64,000 bases of DNA from Flavobacteriales bacterium (GTDB taxonomy: Bacteria > Bacteroidota > Bacteroidia > Flavobacteriales_F > PHOS-HE28), in contig JAGFIV010000094.1 of the NCBI GenBank assembly GCA_024103275.1, positions 1,508 through 65,507 on the forward strand. Direction: 5' to 3'. Positions 1 through 8,344 of the stretch are shown here, one piece after another (within the stretch, counting starts at the first letter, position 1; each line of letters starts with the position of its first letter). Below the pieces are notes generated by a model. That model worked only from the letters and a program-made list of their open reading frames with translations, had not been told where the DNA came from and ran no database searches. A program made the translations under genes and the position numbers.

Positions 1-1674
1 CCAATCCACGATTGCATTGTTCCCGGACACGGCCAACACACCGGGTGTCAGGCGTTGTTCGGCACCTTCATCCGGGGATGAAAAACCCATCGCCGTGTAT
101 GGCTCGGAGGTCGGAATGAGCCCTTGTGTGCGCAGATCATCCTTCATCAGGCCCAGGGATTCAACGAAGGGCCCATCCAGGAAAACCTTCGCGGCTACCA
201 TGGCCTTGCGCGTTTCCCCCTCATGCACGGTGATCCATTGGTCCGCGGCAAGGCCGTAATATTTGTCCACCTTGCCGGAAGGCCAGCGCACGATGGCGGA
301 ATCAGCGACGGTAGCCGCCCCAAGACCGAATTGGCAGGTAAAGGAGCAGACGATGCCGTAGCTCTCACCGGAGCGTACTTCCCGGATCTGGGTGCCCCAA
401 TCACCATAAAGCGTGACCCGCGCACCCACGCCATCCGGGTTGCTTTCATTCCCGCGCAACACGAAGGCCAGGAAATGGTTGCTGTTGCCGTTGTTCAGGT
501 AGAGCTGGTCGTTCCGGGAGGAGCTCGGCGTGACATAGGCCTGGCCATAACCGGCATATACATCGATGAATCCGTCATGGTTCATGTCTCCCACGGCGAA
601 GGTGTGCAGGTTCATGGAGCTCGGTTCGGGCAACATGTTCAGGATCTGGGTGAAGGTGCCGTTGCCGTTCCCATGGAAATAGTATTCCGCGCTGCCGCTG
701 AGGTTTCCGCTGGTGATGAGGTCCAGGAAGCCATCGTTGTCCAGGTCCACCAATTTCACCTGCAGGAAGGCCCCGGACTTTTCAATGCCGCTGCCGGTGG
801 TTGCTTCCGTAAAATGCCCGGTACCATCATTGAGGTACAGCTGCATGCTGCGGCTATGGTTGGTCACCACCAGGTCCAGGTCCCCATCATTATCAATGTC
901 CCCAAAATCGGCCGACCAGGACTGTTCGTGGTTCTCCAGCCCGTGGGCGGTGGTCTGGTCCGTGTAATTGTTATTGCCGTCGTTGATGAACAGACGGTTC
1001 CAACGGCGCGGGTCGTTGGGGTTGTTCACCCCTTGGCGGCACTTGGCAATAAAGAGGTCCAGGTCCCCGTCGTTGTCCACATCGATCCAAACGCTTCCAT
1101 AATTGCCGCTCATGTCGGACGAGGGCGTGCTCGAAAAATCGATGTAGTTGTTGTAGGACAAGGCACCATTGCCGTCATTCAGCCAGATCCTCGGCGCCCC
1201 GACGTCATTGCAGCCGTACGCATCCAACGCACCGTCGTTGTTCACGTCCGCCATGTTGGCGCATTGCATGAACATGGAGCCATTGTTCAAATTGGTCCAG
1301 GAACCGGCCTGCCCCCTCCCGGTGATCTGCAGGAAGTGTACGCCATCGCTTGATCCACCGCTGAAGAAGTCCTTGTGCCCGTCGCCGTTCACATCCCCGA
1401 CCGCCATGCCCCACTGGGATGACCCCGACACCTGCCCATAGTATTTGGAGGTGAAAGAGCCGTCGGCGTTCTGGTAATCGACGTAAAGCTTGTTGCTCTG
1501 GTGCAACAGGATCAGGTCGTCATAACCATCGCCGTCCATATCCGCAATACCCACGCAGCCACCGGAACGGGCGGTCTGGTTGGAGAGGATGCTGGTGCTG
1601 CGCGTAAATGTCTGACCGGCGGCCAAGATCGGGGTGAGGAACAGGGCCGCGAAAAGCGTATGGCTCGGTTTCAT
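1..1674 (-). CDS. Secreted FG-GAP/VCBS-repeat protein with an ASPIC/UnbV-like segment (CRTAC1-like). Its C-terminus runs off the left edge.
   Basis: Not in the ORF track because there is no stop in the window. Manual minus-strand translation from ATG 1674..1672 stays open to position 1 (558 codons). Signal peptide MKPSHTLFAALFLTPILAAGQ. Repeated FG-GAP Ca-loops: DMDGDGYDDL, DVNGDGHKDF, DVDNDGDLDL, DIDNDGDLDL, DLDNDGFLDL, DMNHDGFIDV. These are followed by GARVTLYGDWGTQIREVRSGESY, which is UnbV/ASPIC-like. Confidence 0.8.
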   Translation of the reverse strand, partial: MKPSHTLFAALFLTPILAAGQTFTRSTSILSNQTARSGGCVGIADMDGDGYDDLILLHQSNKLYVDYQNADGSFTSKYYGQVSGSSQWGMAVGDVNGDGHKDFFSGGSSDGVHFLQITGRGQAGSWTNLNNGSMFMQCANMADVNNDGALDAYGCNDVGAPRIWLNDGNGALSYNNYIDFSSTPSSDMSGNYGSVWIDVDNDGDLDLFIAKCRQGVNNPNDPRRWNRLFINDGNNNYTDQTTAHGLENHEQSWSADFGDIDNDGDLDLVVTNHSRSMQLYLNDGTGHFTEATTGSGIEKSGAFLQVKLVDLDNDGFLDLITSGNLSGSAEYYFHGNGNGTFTQILNMLPEPSSMNLHTFAVGDMNHDGFIDVYAGYGQAYVTPSSSRNDQLYLNNGNSNHFLAFVLRGNESNPDGVGARVTLYGDWGTQIREVRSGESYGIVCSFTCQFGLGAATVADSAIVRWPSGKVDKYYGLAADQWITVHEGETRKAMVAAKVFLDGPFVESLGLMKDDLRTQGLIPTSEPYTAMGFSSPDEGAEQRLTPGVLAVSGNNAIVDW

Positions 1675-1801
1675 GCCTTGCAGTTCTTGAAGGAGCTAAA
1701 CTACAAGCAATACGACCTTTCGTCAACGGTCGTCGGATATTTTCCTTCGTTCGACCGTCGATTTTTGCGGGCCGTCGATCCCGGATACGACTGGACGGTC
1801 C

Positions 1802-4800
1802 TCACGGCAACTGTTCCGTGCGGATGCTCGTCGGTTCCGATGTGCCAAGGTTCACCAGGATCGGGTCCCGGTCATTGCCTGAACCCGTGTACTTGACCAG
1901 GCCATCGAGGTTGCAATCCTCCGTGAAATACCCTGGGACCATGTGCGTAGGGTCGAAGCCTACCACCACCAGGATCGGGTCACGGTCATTCTGGCTGCCC
2001 GTGTAGCTCAGCTTCCCGTCCGGAACCGCATTGCCCATCCACAAGGCACGCGCGGCGCCCACCGCCTTTCTCGCGTTGGTCCCGTAGGTGGTGGTGGAAG
2101 ATGTCCGCAGGTCGATCACCGTTGGCGCGCCCCCCATGCTGATGGCCCCGGCGGTCATGCATCCCAAATGGTTCCGGTGGCGGACCGCGAGGTGATAGGA
2201 GCCGGGCAGGGCATCAAAAACCACCGCGGAGGTTCCATCCACATCCACGATATCGCCGTCCCGCTGCAACAAGGCTTGGCGCGTGGCCACGATGGTGGAG
2301 GGGTTGGCTTGCGAGCGAAGCTCCAGCCGCACCCAGTCCACGATGGCATTGGCACCCGTGATGGCTAGGACGGCTGGCAGGCAGGTCTCCCCCCCACCCC
2401 CTCCGGCTTGGGCAAAGCCCATGGCCGTGTAAGGCTCCGTACCAGGCACCAGGCCGGCCACCCTCAAGTCGTCCCGCATCAGCCCCGTCCCGCTGTCATA
2501 CGGCCCTTCCAGCCATGCTTTCACATCCAGGCTGACCTGTGCCGGTGAGCTGATGATGACCGTATAGTCCTCGGTTTCCCCGTACGCGTAGTTATAGCAT
2601 GGATCGGTGGGGCTCGGTTCGCCGCCCAGGTGGTACACGCCGCGCACCCGCATGACCGTTGATCCCGGGTCGACGGACCCGGGTACCGTGAAGTTGATGC
2701 CCTGTGTTTGGCCACCGGCCGAAGAGGTGAACTCGCCCAGCTTTTCACCCGGGGAGAAGGCACCATCCCCGTCGTAATCGATCCAGGCGGCGTAGTGGTC
2801 CGGCGAATAGCTTCCGCCCGTGATGGACAAACTGTATGTCCCGCCGGCTTCCAGCACGGTGGACATGGCGGTGAAGTTGTTGTAGGAAGGACCACCTTGG
2901 CTCCCTGACCCGGTGTTGTTGATCGAACCCAGGACCACCCCGTCGATGTAATCCCCATCGTTTGTTCCGCTGGAGGAAGTGGGGATGCAATACGGCCAAC
3001 CCGCCCCGATGGTGAAATTCACATTGCTCATGTCATAGAACACGTTCCCGTTGGCCCTGACCATCACGCGGGCCATGGCCGTGGACACCATGGGGGCGGT
3101 AACGGAAGCGGTGCCGTTGTTCGGCACGGCCGTGGCCAGCACATACGGCCACGTAAGCCCCCCGTCGGTGCTGAGCAGGATGTCGACCAACGAACAATTG
3201 ACCGGGCTCGATGCGGTACCGGCCACGTCCCAGGTGACGGTCTGGCTGCTGCCTTCAGGCCAGGTAACAGCGGTATTGGGCTGGGTGACCAGGAAGGGGC
3301 CCGCCGAACCGCTCACGGTGATCACCATGTTGCCCTGTGCGTTGCACCCTCCGCCAACGGCGTTGTCCCGGGCGGTGACGCGGAAGTTGTACGTACGCGA
3401 CACGCTGGAAAGCACTTCCCAATTGGGCGAAGGGTTGGTACCGGAAGCCACCACATCCAACCGCGGGAACCACCGCTTCGGGTCGGTGGTGGGGAGCCAC
3501 GGCCTGAAGTTGGGCCCGGCGCTGCTGGTGGCCGATGGGGGTTGGGTGCTGACCTGCGGGTCCATTTGCTCCCAGCTGTAGGTGAGTACATCGCCGGCAT
3601 CCGGGTCCGAACCGCTGGCGGTGAGCACGAACGGCGTGCTCTTGGGGATCGTGTGGTTCGACCCTGCGCTCACCGTGGGCGGCGCGTTCACCAGGGCAAC
3701 CGTCTGCGGGCATCCGCTGCTGGCACCCGCGGTGATGTTGGCATGGATCTCCTGCAGGCTGTAGCCGCCGAACATGGCGATGCTGTGGTCGGCCACATCG
3801 GGGCTGCAAATGCCGGCATACCCCATGATGGTTATCCCGCTTCCCACTTCCACGGATGCCCCACTGGCCCGGTTGCAGTTGTTGTTCTGGGAGTGATTGG
3901 CCCCGTACTGGTGGCCCATCTCATGCGCCACATAGTCGATGTCAAAGGGATCGCCCACCGGTTGCGCACTTCCGGTGACCCCGCCCGCCTTGTACGAACC
4001 GCACGGGCTGTTGAGGTAGGCTACGCCTCCACCACCCGTGCTGAACACATGGCCGATATCGTAGTTGGCGCTGCCGATCACCGAGTTGCACTTCGAGATG
4101 TTCTCGCCCAGCATGGCCCCGCCATCATCGTTCGAGTATCCGTCCGTTGCCGGGTTGGTGAACACCAGTTGGTCGTTGTTGGCCACCAGCACCATGGTGA
4201 GCGTGGCATCGCGCTCAAAGATCCCGTTGACCCGGTTGAGGGAGGTGGCCATGGCCGCAATGGCCGGGGCCTTGTTCGCCCCGGTAGCCCCGTGGAAATT
4301 GGCATATTCGCCCGTGCAGGCCAGGGCCAGCCGGTAGGTCCTGAACTGGCAATCCCCCGCCCGGTCACTGCCCACCTGGGCGATCCATTCGCGCGACAAG
4401 GCGGCGGCAGCCTCCAGGTCGTTCACCTGGTCGTAACCGCAGGAAAGCGCCGACGGGGAAACGTCCAAGGCCAGGTCCTTCTTCCAGTACGCCTGGTGCA
4501 GCACGCTATTGCCCATCTGCACGGGGTCGATGTAGGCATCCCCTTGGGGCAGGCCTGTCACCATGATGTGCACGCCCGCCGGGGTCTGGTCCATCTTCAA
4601 CCGGATGCCGCCATCCCCGACAGCCACGCCGCTGTAAGTGCGGATGTAGGGATAGCGCGCGGCCATTTCCGGATGCATCACCGGGGTTTCCAAGATCCGG
4701 AACCTCCTGAAGCGTCCGTCCGGCATGGGCAACTCCACCTCGGCCGAGGACGTGGGGAGGTCCATCAAGGTGCCCGCGGGCGCCGCGGCCAGGAAGGTCC

Positions 4801-4966
4801 GGAGCGCGGCGGTATCAACCTGGAAGCCGAGCGCATGGCCAGGCACGATATAACGCCCTTCGCGTGCCGCCGCCTCCAAGGGACGGGCCTGCCATAAGGA
4901 GGAAGACTGGGGCCAGGCACCAAGGGGGATCAACAAGAACAAGAAGAGCAGGTTGCGGTTCGACAT
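1802..4966 (-). CDS. Secreted reprolysin-like (M12B/metzincin) zinc metalloprotease with a GEVED domain and a C-terminal dockerin-like module
   Basis: Track ORF 1802..5044. Start reset to ATG 4966, which gives the signal peptide MSNRNLLFLFLLIPLGAWPQ. HEMGHQYGANH matches the HExxHxxGxxH zinc site. YGETEDYTVII is the GEVED motif. The C-terminus has two DxNxDGxxxYTGSxNDRDPIL repeats. Confidence 0.85.
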   Translation of the reverse strand: MSNRNLLFLFLLIPLGAWPQSSSLWQARPLEAAAREGRYIVPGHALGFQVDTAALRTFLAAAPAGTLMDLPTSSAEVELPMPDGRFRRFRILETPVMHPEMAARYPYIRTYSGVAVGDGGIRLKMDQTPAGVHIMVTGLPQGDAYIDPVQMGNSVLHQAYWKKDLALDVSPSALSCGYDQVNDLEAAAALSREWIAQVGSDRAGDCQFRTYRLALACTGEYANFHGATGANKAPAIAAMATSLNRVNGIFERDATLTMVLVANNDQLVFTNPATDGYSNDDGGAMLGENISKCNSVIGSANYDIGHVFSTGGGGVAYLNSPCGSYKAGGVTGSAQPVGDPFDIDYVAHEMGHQYGANHSQNNNCNRASGASVEVGSGITIMGYAGICSPDVADHSIAMFGGYSLQEIHANITAGASSGCPQTVALVNAPPTVSAGSNHTIPKSTPFVLTASGSDPDAGDVLTYSWEQMDPQVSTQPPSATSSAGPNFRPWLPTTDPKRWFPRLDVVASGTNPSPNWEVLSSVSRTYNFRVTARDNAVGGGCNAQGNMVITVSGSAGPFLVTQPNTAVTWPEGSSQTVTWDVAGTASSPVNCSLVDILLSTDGGLTWPYVLATAVPNNGTASVTAPMVSTAMARVMVRANGNVFYDMSNVNFTIGAGWPYCIPTSSSGTNDGDYIDGVVLGSINNTGSGSQGGPSYNNFTAMSTVLEAGGTYSLSITGGSYSPDHYAAWIDYDGDGAFSPGEKLGEFTSSAGGQTQGINFTVPGSVDPGSTVMRVRGVYHLGGEPSPTDPCYNYAYGETEDYTVIISSPAQVSLDVKAWLEGPYDSGTGLMRDDLRVAGLVPGTEPYTAMGFAQAGGGGGETCLPAVLAITGANAIVDWVRLELRSQANPSTIVATRQALLQRDGDIVDVDGTSAVVFDALPGSYHLAVRHRNHLGCMTAGAISMGGAPTVIDLRTSSTTTYGTNARKAVGAARALWMGNAVPDGKLSYTGSQNDRDPILVVVGFDPTHMVPGYFTEDCNLDGLVKYTGSGNDRDPILVNLGTSEPTSIRTEQLP

Positions 4967-5094
4967 CGGGGTGGGATTGGGGTTAGGGCACAAGTGTCCA
5001 TGGCGAGTGCCATGGGCGATGAAGCCGCAATTTGCAGAAAACATGGAACCGGGACAAGGGGCCAGCCTCCCAAGCCGGAAGGCGAACGGGGCAC

Positions 5095-6060
5095 CTACAG
5101 GATTTCCCGGATGATGCGCTCCACGGTCACCCCTTCGGCCTCGGCCTTGTAGTTGCGCACCAGCCGGTGCCTGAGGATGGGCTCGGCCACGGCCTGCACG
5201 TCCTCAATGTCCGGGCTGAAACGGCCCCTCACCATGGCATGGCACTTGGCCCCGATCACCAGGTACTGGCTGGCCCTGGGCCCGGCCCCCCAACTGATGT
5301 GGTCCTGTACCACCGCGGGGGCCCCGTCACGGCCCGGCCGCGTACGCGTGGCCAGCTTCACGGCATACTCCATCACGTTGTCGGGCACCGGGATCCTGCG
5401 CACCAAGGCCTGGTAGGCCAAGATCTCCTCCTGCCCCATCACGGGCTGGACCGCTGCCTCCACCCCGCCGGTGGTGGACTTCACCACGGCCAGCTCCTCC
5501 TGGAATGAGGGGTAGTCCACCCAAATGTTGAACATGAAGCGGTCGAGCTGTGCCTCGGGCAAAGGATAGGTACCTTCCTGTTCGATCGGGTTCTGGGTGG
5601 CCAGCACGAAGAACGGGTCGGGCAGCTTGTAGGTCTGCCCGGCTGCCGTCACCGCCTTTTCCTGCATCGCCTCCAGCAAGGCAGCCTGGGTCTTGGGCGG
5701 GGTACGGTTGATCTCATCCGCCAGGATGATGTTGGCGAAAAGCGGTCCCTTCACGAAACGGAAGTGGCGTTCCTGGTCCAGCACCTCGGAACCGATGATG
5801 TCGCTGGGCATCAGGTCGGGGGTGAACTGGATGCGGTTGAAACTGAGGCCCAAGGCCCGACCCACCGTGTTCACGAGCAAGGTCTTCGCCAAGCCCGGGA
5901 CGCCCACCAACAGGCAGTGGCCCCTGCTGAAAATGGCGATGAGCACATCATCCACCACCTTTTCCTGGCCGATGATCACCTTGCCGATCTCGGCCTTGAG
6001 CCTGCGGTAGTTCGACCCGAACTCTTCCACCGCCTTTACATCGTTGTTCATTCCGCTCAT
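5095..6060 (-). CDS. moxR: MoxR-family AAA+ ATPase
   Basis: 321 aa, ATG start verified. Walker A GVPGLAKT and ILADEINRTPPKTQAALLEAMQE are typical of MoxR. Confidence 0.9.
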   Translation of the reverse strand: MSGMNNDVKAVEEFGSNYRRLKAEIGKVIIGQEKVVDDVLIAIFSRGHCLLVGVPGLAKTLLVNTVGRALGLSFNRIQFTPDLMPSDIIGSEVLDQERHFRFVKGPLFANIILADEINRTPPKTQAALLEAMQEKAVTAAGQTYKLPDPFFVLATQNPIEQEGTYPLPEAQLDRFMFNIWVDYPSFQEELAVVKSTTGGVEAAVQPVMGQEEILAYQALVRRIPVPDNVMEYAVKLATRTRPGRDGAPAVVQDHISWGAGPRASQYLVIGAKCHAMVRGRFSPDIEDVQAVAEPILRHRLVRNYKAEAEGVTVERIIREIL

Positions 6061-6090
6061 GCTGTGTCTTGTTGGGTCCCCCGCCGGTGT

Positions 6091-7506
6091 CTAGTTCTTC
6101 CCGCCGGCCTCCAGCCACGGGTGCTCGAATTTGCAATCTTGATAGGCCTTGATGATCTGGACATACGTACCCTTCAGTTTTTCGCGCACCCAGCCATCTA
6201 CGTTGCGCTGGCGCATCTTGGCCTCGGCGGCCTGTTGCACCAGGGGATAGTCCTGCACCAGGTCCATGCGGTGCGGCGCGGTGCGGTCCAGCAGCCGGAA
6301 AACGCGGTAGCCTTTCTTGCCGTCCGCTTCCTCGAAGGGCATGGCCTGGCTGATCTCCCCTTTTTGGAGCTTGTCCAAAACCAGGAAGGTGCGCTGGTCC
6401 AAGTCGCCGATGGCCCAGTGCGTGCCGTTGGTGGAGGGCTCCAAAACGATGCCGTTGGTGCCCTTCGTCTCCTCGTCCTGGTTGAAATCCTTGGCCACCG
6501 CCGTGAAATCCATGGTCCCGTTCCGCACCAGGGCCATCACACTGTCCAGCTGGTCCTTGGCGGCTTCAAGGTCCTTGGAGGAAACCTTGGGCACCATCAG
6601 GATGTGCCTGGCATTGTACCGGTCGCCCCGCCTTTCGATCATCTCCATGATATGGAAGCCATACTTGGTGCTGAACACCGGCGAGATCTCCCCGTCCTTC
6701 AGGCTCAACGCCACCGCGTCGAATTCCGGCACCATCACGCCCTGCGGCACCATGCCCAATTCGCCGCATTGGGCGGCCGAGCCGGGATCTTCGCTGTACA
6801 GGATGGCCAAAGTGCAAAAGTCCTTTTCACCCTTGACGATGGCATCGCGATAGCCCTCCAGCTTCAATTTGACGCGCCGCTCCTCCTCCTCGGTGGGCTT
6901 CGCATAGATCGATATCCTCGCAAACTCCACGCTGGCGTTGATGAAGGGCAGGCTGTCCGCCGGTATGGAACGGAAGAATTCCTCCACCTCCCGCGGCGTC
7001 ACCCGCTTGTCCCCCACGATCTTCTGTTGCATCTGCTGCGCCAGCATCTGGTCGGACACCTGGTCGCGGAAGTCGGCTTTGATCTCGGTGACGCTCTTCC
7101 CGTAGAACTTCTCCAGTTTTTCGCGCCCGCCGATCTGCCGCTCGAAGTAGCTGATGCGCCGGTCCAGCTCGGCATTCACCTGCGCCTCGTCGGGTACAAC
7201 GCTGTCGATGCGGGCCTGTTCCAGCAACAACTGCTGGTAGAGCAGGTCCTCCAGCTCGCCGCAGGCCGCCGAATCCGTGGGCGTGGCCCCGCCCTGCCGC
7301 ATTTGCTCCATGCGGCCGGCCAGGTCGCTGTACAGGATGATCCGTCCCGCCACGTTGGCGATGACCCCGTCGATGTAGCGGCCGGGCGGAGCGGGCCGGG
7401 GCCCGCCTTCCTGGCCCAATGCGGTGCCAGTGGCGGTCACCAGCATGAGCGCAGCCACCGGCGCGATGAGGTTACGGGAAGCGCACATCCTTGTTGGCCA
7501 CGGCAT
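6091..7506 (-). CDS. SurA-like periplasmic peptidyl-prolyl isomerase/chaperone (parvulin domain)
   Basis: 471 aa. An alternative ATG at 7488 gives the signal peptide MCASRNLIAPVAALMLVTATGTALGQ. The parvulin-like region includes GELGMVPQGVMVPEFDAVALSLKDGEISPVFSTKYGFHIM. Confidence 0.8.
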   Translation of the reverse strand: MPWPTRMCASRNLIAPVAALMLVTATGTALGQEGGPRPAPPGRYIDGVIANVAGRIILYSDLAGRMEQMRQGGATPTDSAACGELEDLLYQQLLLEQARIDSVVPDEAQVNAELDRRISYFERQIGGREKLEKFYGKSVTEIKADFRDQVSDQMLAQQMQQKIVGDKRVTPREVEEFFRSIPADSLPFINASVEFARISIYAKPTEEEERRVKLKLEGYRDAIVKGEKDFCTLAILYSEDPGSAAQCGELGMVPQGVMVPEFDAVALSLKDGEISPVFSTKYGFHIMEMIERRGDRYNARHILMVPKVSSKDLEAAKDQLDSVMALVRNGTMDFTAVAKDFNQDEETKGTNGIVLEPSTNGTHWAIGDLDQRTFLVLDKLQKGEISQAMPFEEADGKKGYRVFRLLDRTAPHRMDLVQDYPLVQQAAEAKMRQRNVDGWVREKLKGTYVQIIKAYQDCKFEHPWLEAGGKN

Positions 7507-8344
7507 TGGTGTACAGCTCCTCGCGCATCCGCTCCACCAGCTTGAGCTTGCGTTGGTTGATGATGATCGACCGGATCTGGCCCTCCACCAGGTCGATGGG
7601 GGAGGTACTGTCCTTCAACCGATGGTCCAGGAATTCCACGAAATAGGTGCCTGTGGAATCCTCCACCACGGTCCGGGTGTGCTGCTGGAGCCAGTCCGTG
7701 GGATTGTCCGGACGCAGGGGTACTTGCTGCTGCAAGGTGCTGAATTCCACCCAATCGTCGCGCGTGTCCTGGATGGGGGTGCCTTGGCGGGCCAGGAGGA
7801 CCTCCAGCTTGTGCAGGTCCTCTTTGTCGTTGCTGCGCCAGAGCTGGTCCACCCGCTTGGTCATCTTCTTGTCGCCGGTCCGGAGCTTGAACCACCGGAC
7901 GCGCACGATATTATCCTTCAACTGAAAGTTGGCGATGTTCTTGTCATAGTAATCCTGCACCTGTGATCCGCTGACCACCGAATCCAGGTTCTGGGACACC
8001 AGCGCCTGCTCGTACGCGAACGTAAGTAAGGATTCCCTGTAGGCCTTGATCTGTGCCTCCAGGTTGAGCTGCGACTTGTCCAGGTTCTGCTCCGCCATCT
8101 GGAGCATCACGCGGTCCCGCGCCCAGTTGTCCAGGTACCGCCTGGCGATTGCGGCGCTATCCTCCGGGCTGGCGGTCACCGGCACCACCATGCGCAGGTC
8201 GCTCCAATACAGCTTCTCGCCATAGGCCTCGGCCACCACCTTGTCCTCCGGGCCCTGACCGGACGAGCATGCGGCAAGCGGAAGGGCGGCGATGACCGCC
8301 GCCCTTCCCCAGCTGATCCACGCTGTTGCCGCCCGTACGCCCAT
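7472..8344 (-). CDS. Lipoprotein, probably a SurA-N-like chaperone without a parvulin domain
   Basis: Track ORF 7472..8413. Start reset to ATG 8344, which gives MGVRAATAWISWGRAAVIAALPLAACSSG (lipobox LAAC). This ATG overlaps the upstream TAA stop (TAATG). The gene sits between two PPIase genes. Confidence 0.55.
   Translation of the reverse strand: MGVRAATAWISWGRAAVIAALPLAACSSGQGPEDKVVAEAYGEKLYWSDLRMVVPVTASPEDSAAIARRYLDNWARDRVMLQMAEQNLDKSQLNLEAQIKAYRESLLTFAYEQALVSQNLDSVVSGSQVQDYYDKNIANFQLKDNIVRVRWFKLRTGDKKMTKRVDQLWRSNDKEDLHKLEVLLARQGTPIQDTRDDWVEFSTLQQQVPLRPDNPTDWLQQHTRTVVEDSTGTYFVEFLDHRLKDSTSPIDLVEGQIRSIIINQRKLKLVERMREELYTNAVANKDVRFP

Noticed and set aside
1674-1801. The inverted repeat TCAACGGTCG...CGACCGTCGA followed by TTTTT, considered as a terminator between the protease and FG-GAP genes
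   Set aside because: The U-run is on the plus strand, but both flanking genes are on the minus strand. The loop is long (19 nt). The region more probably holds the FG-GAP promoter (TAGTTTAG near-box), so I did not call it.
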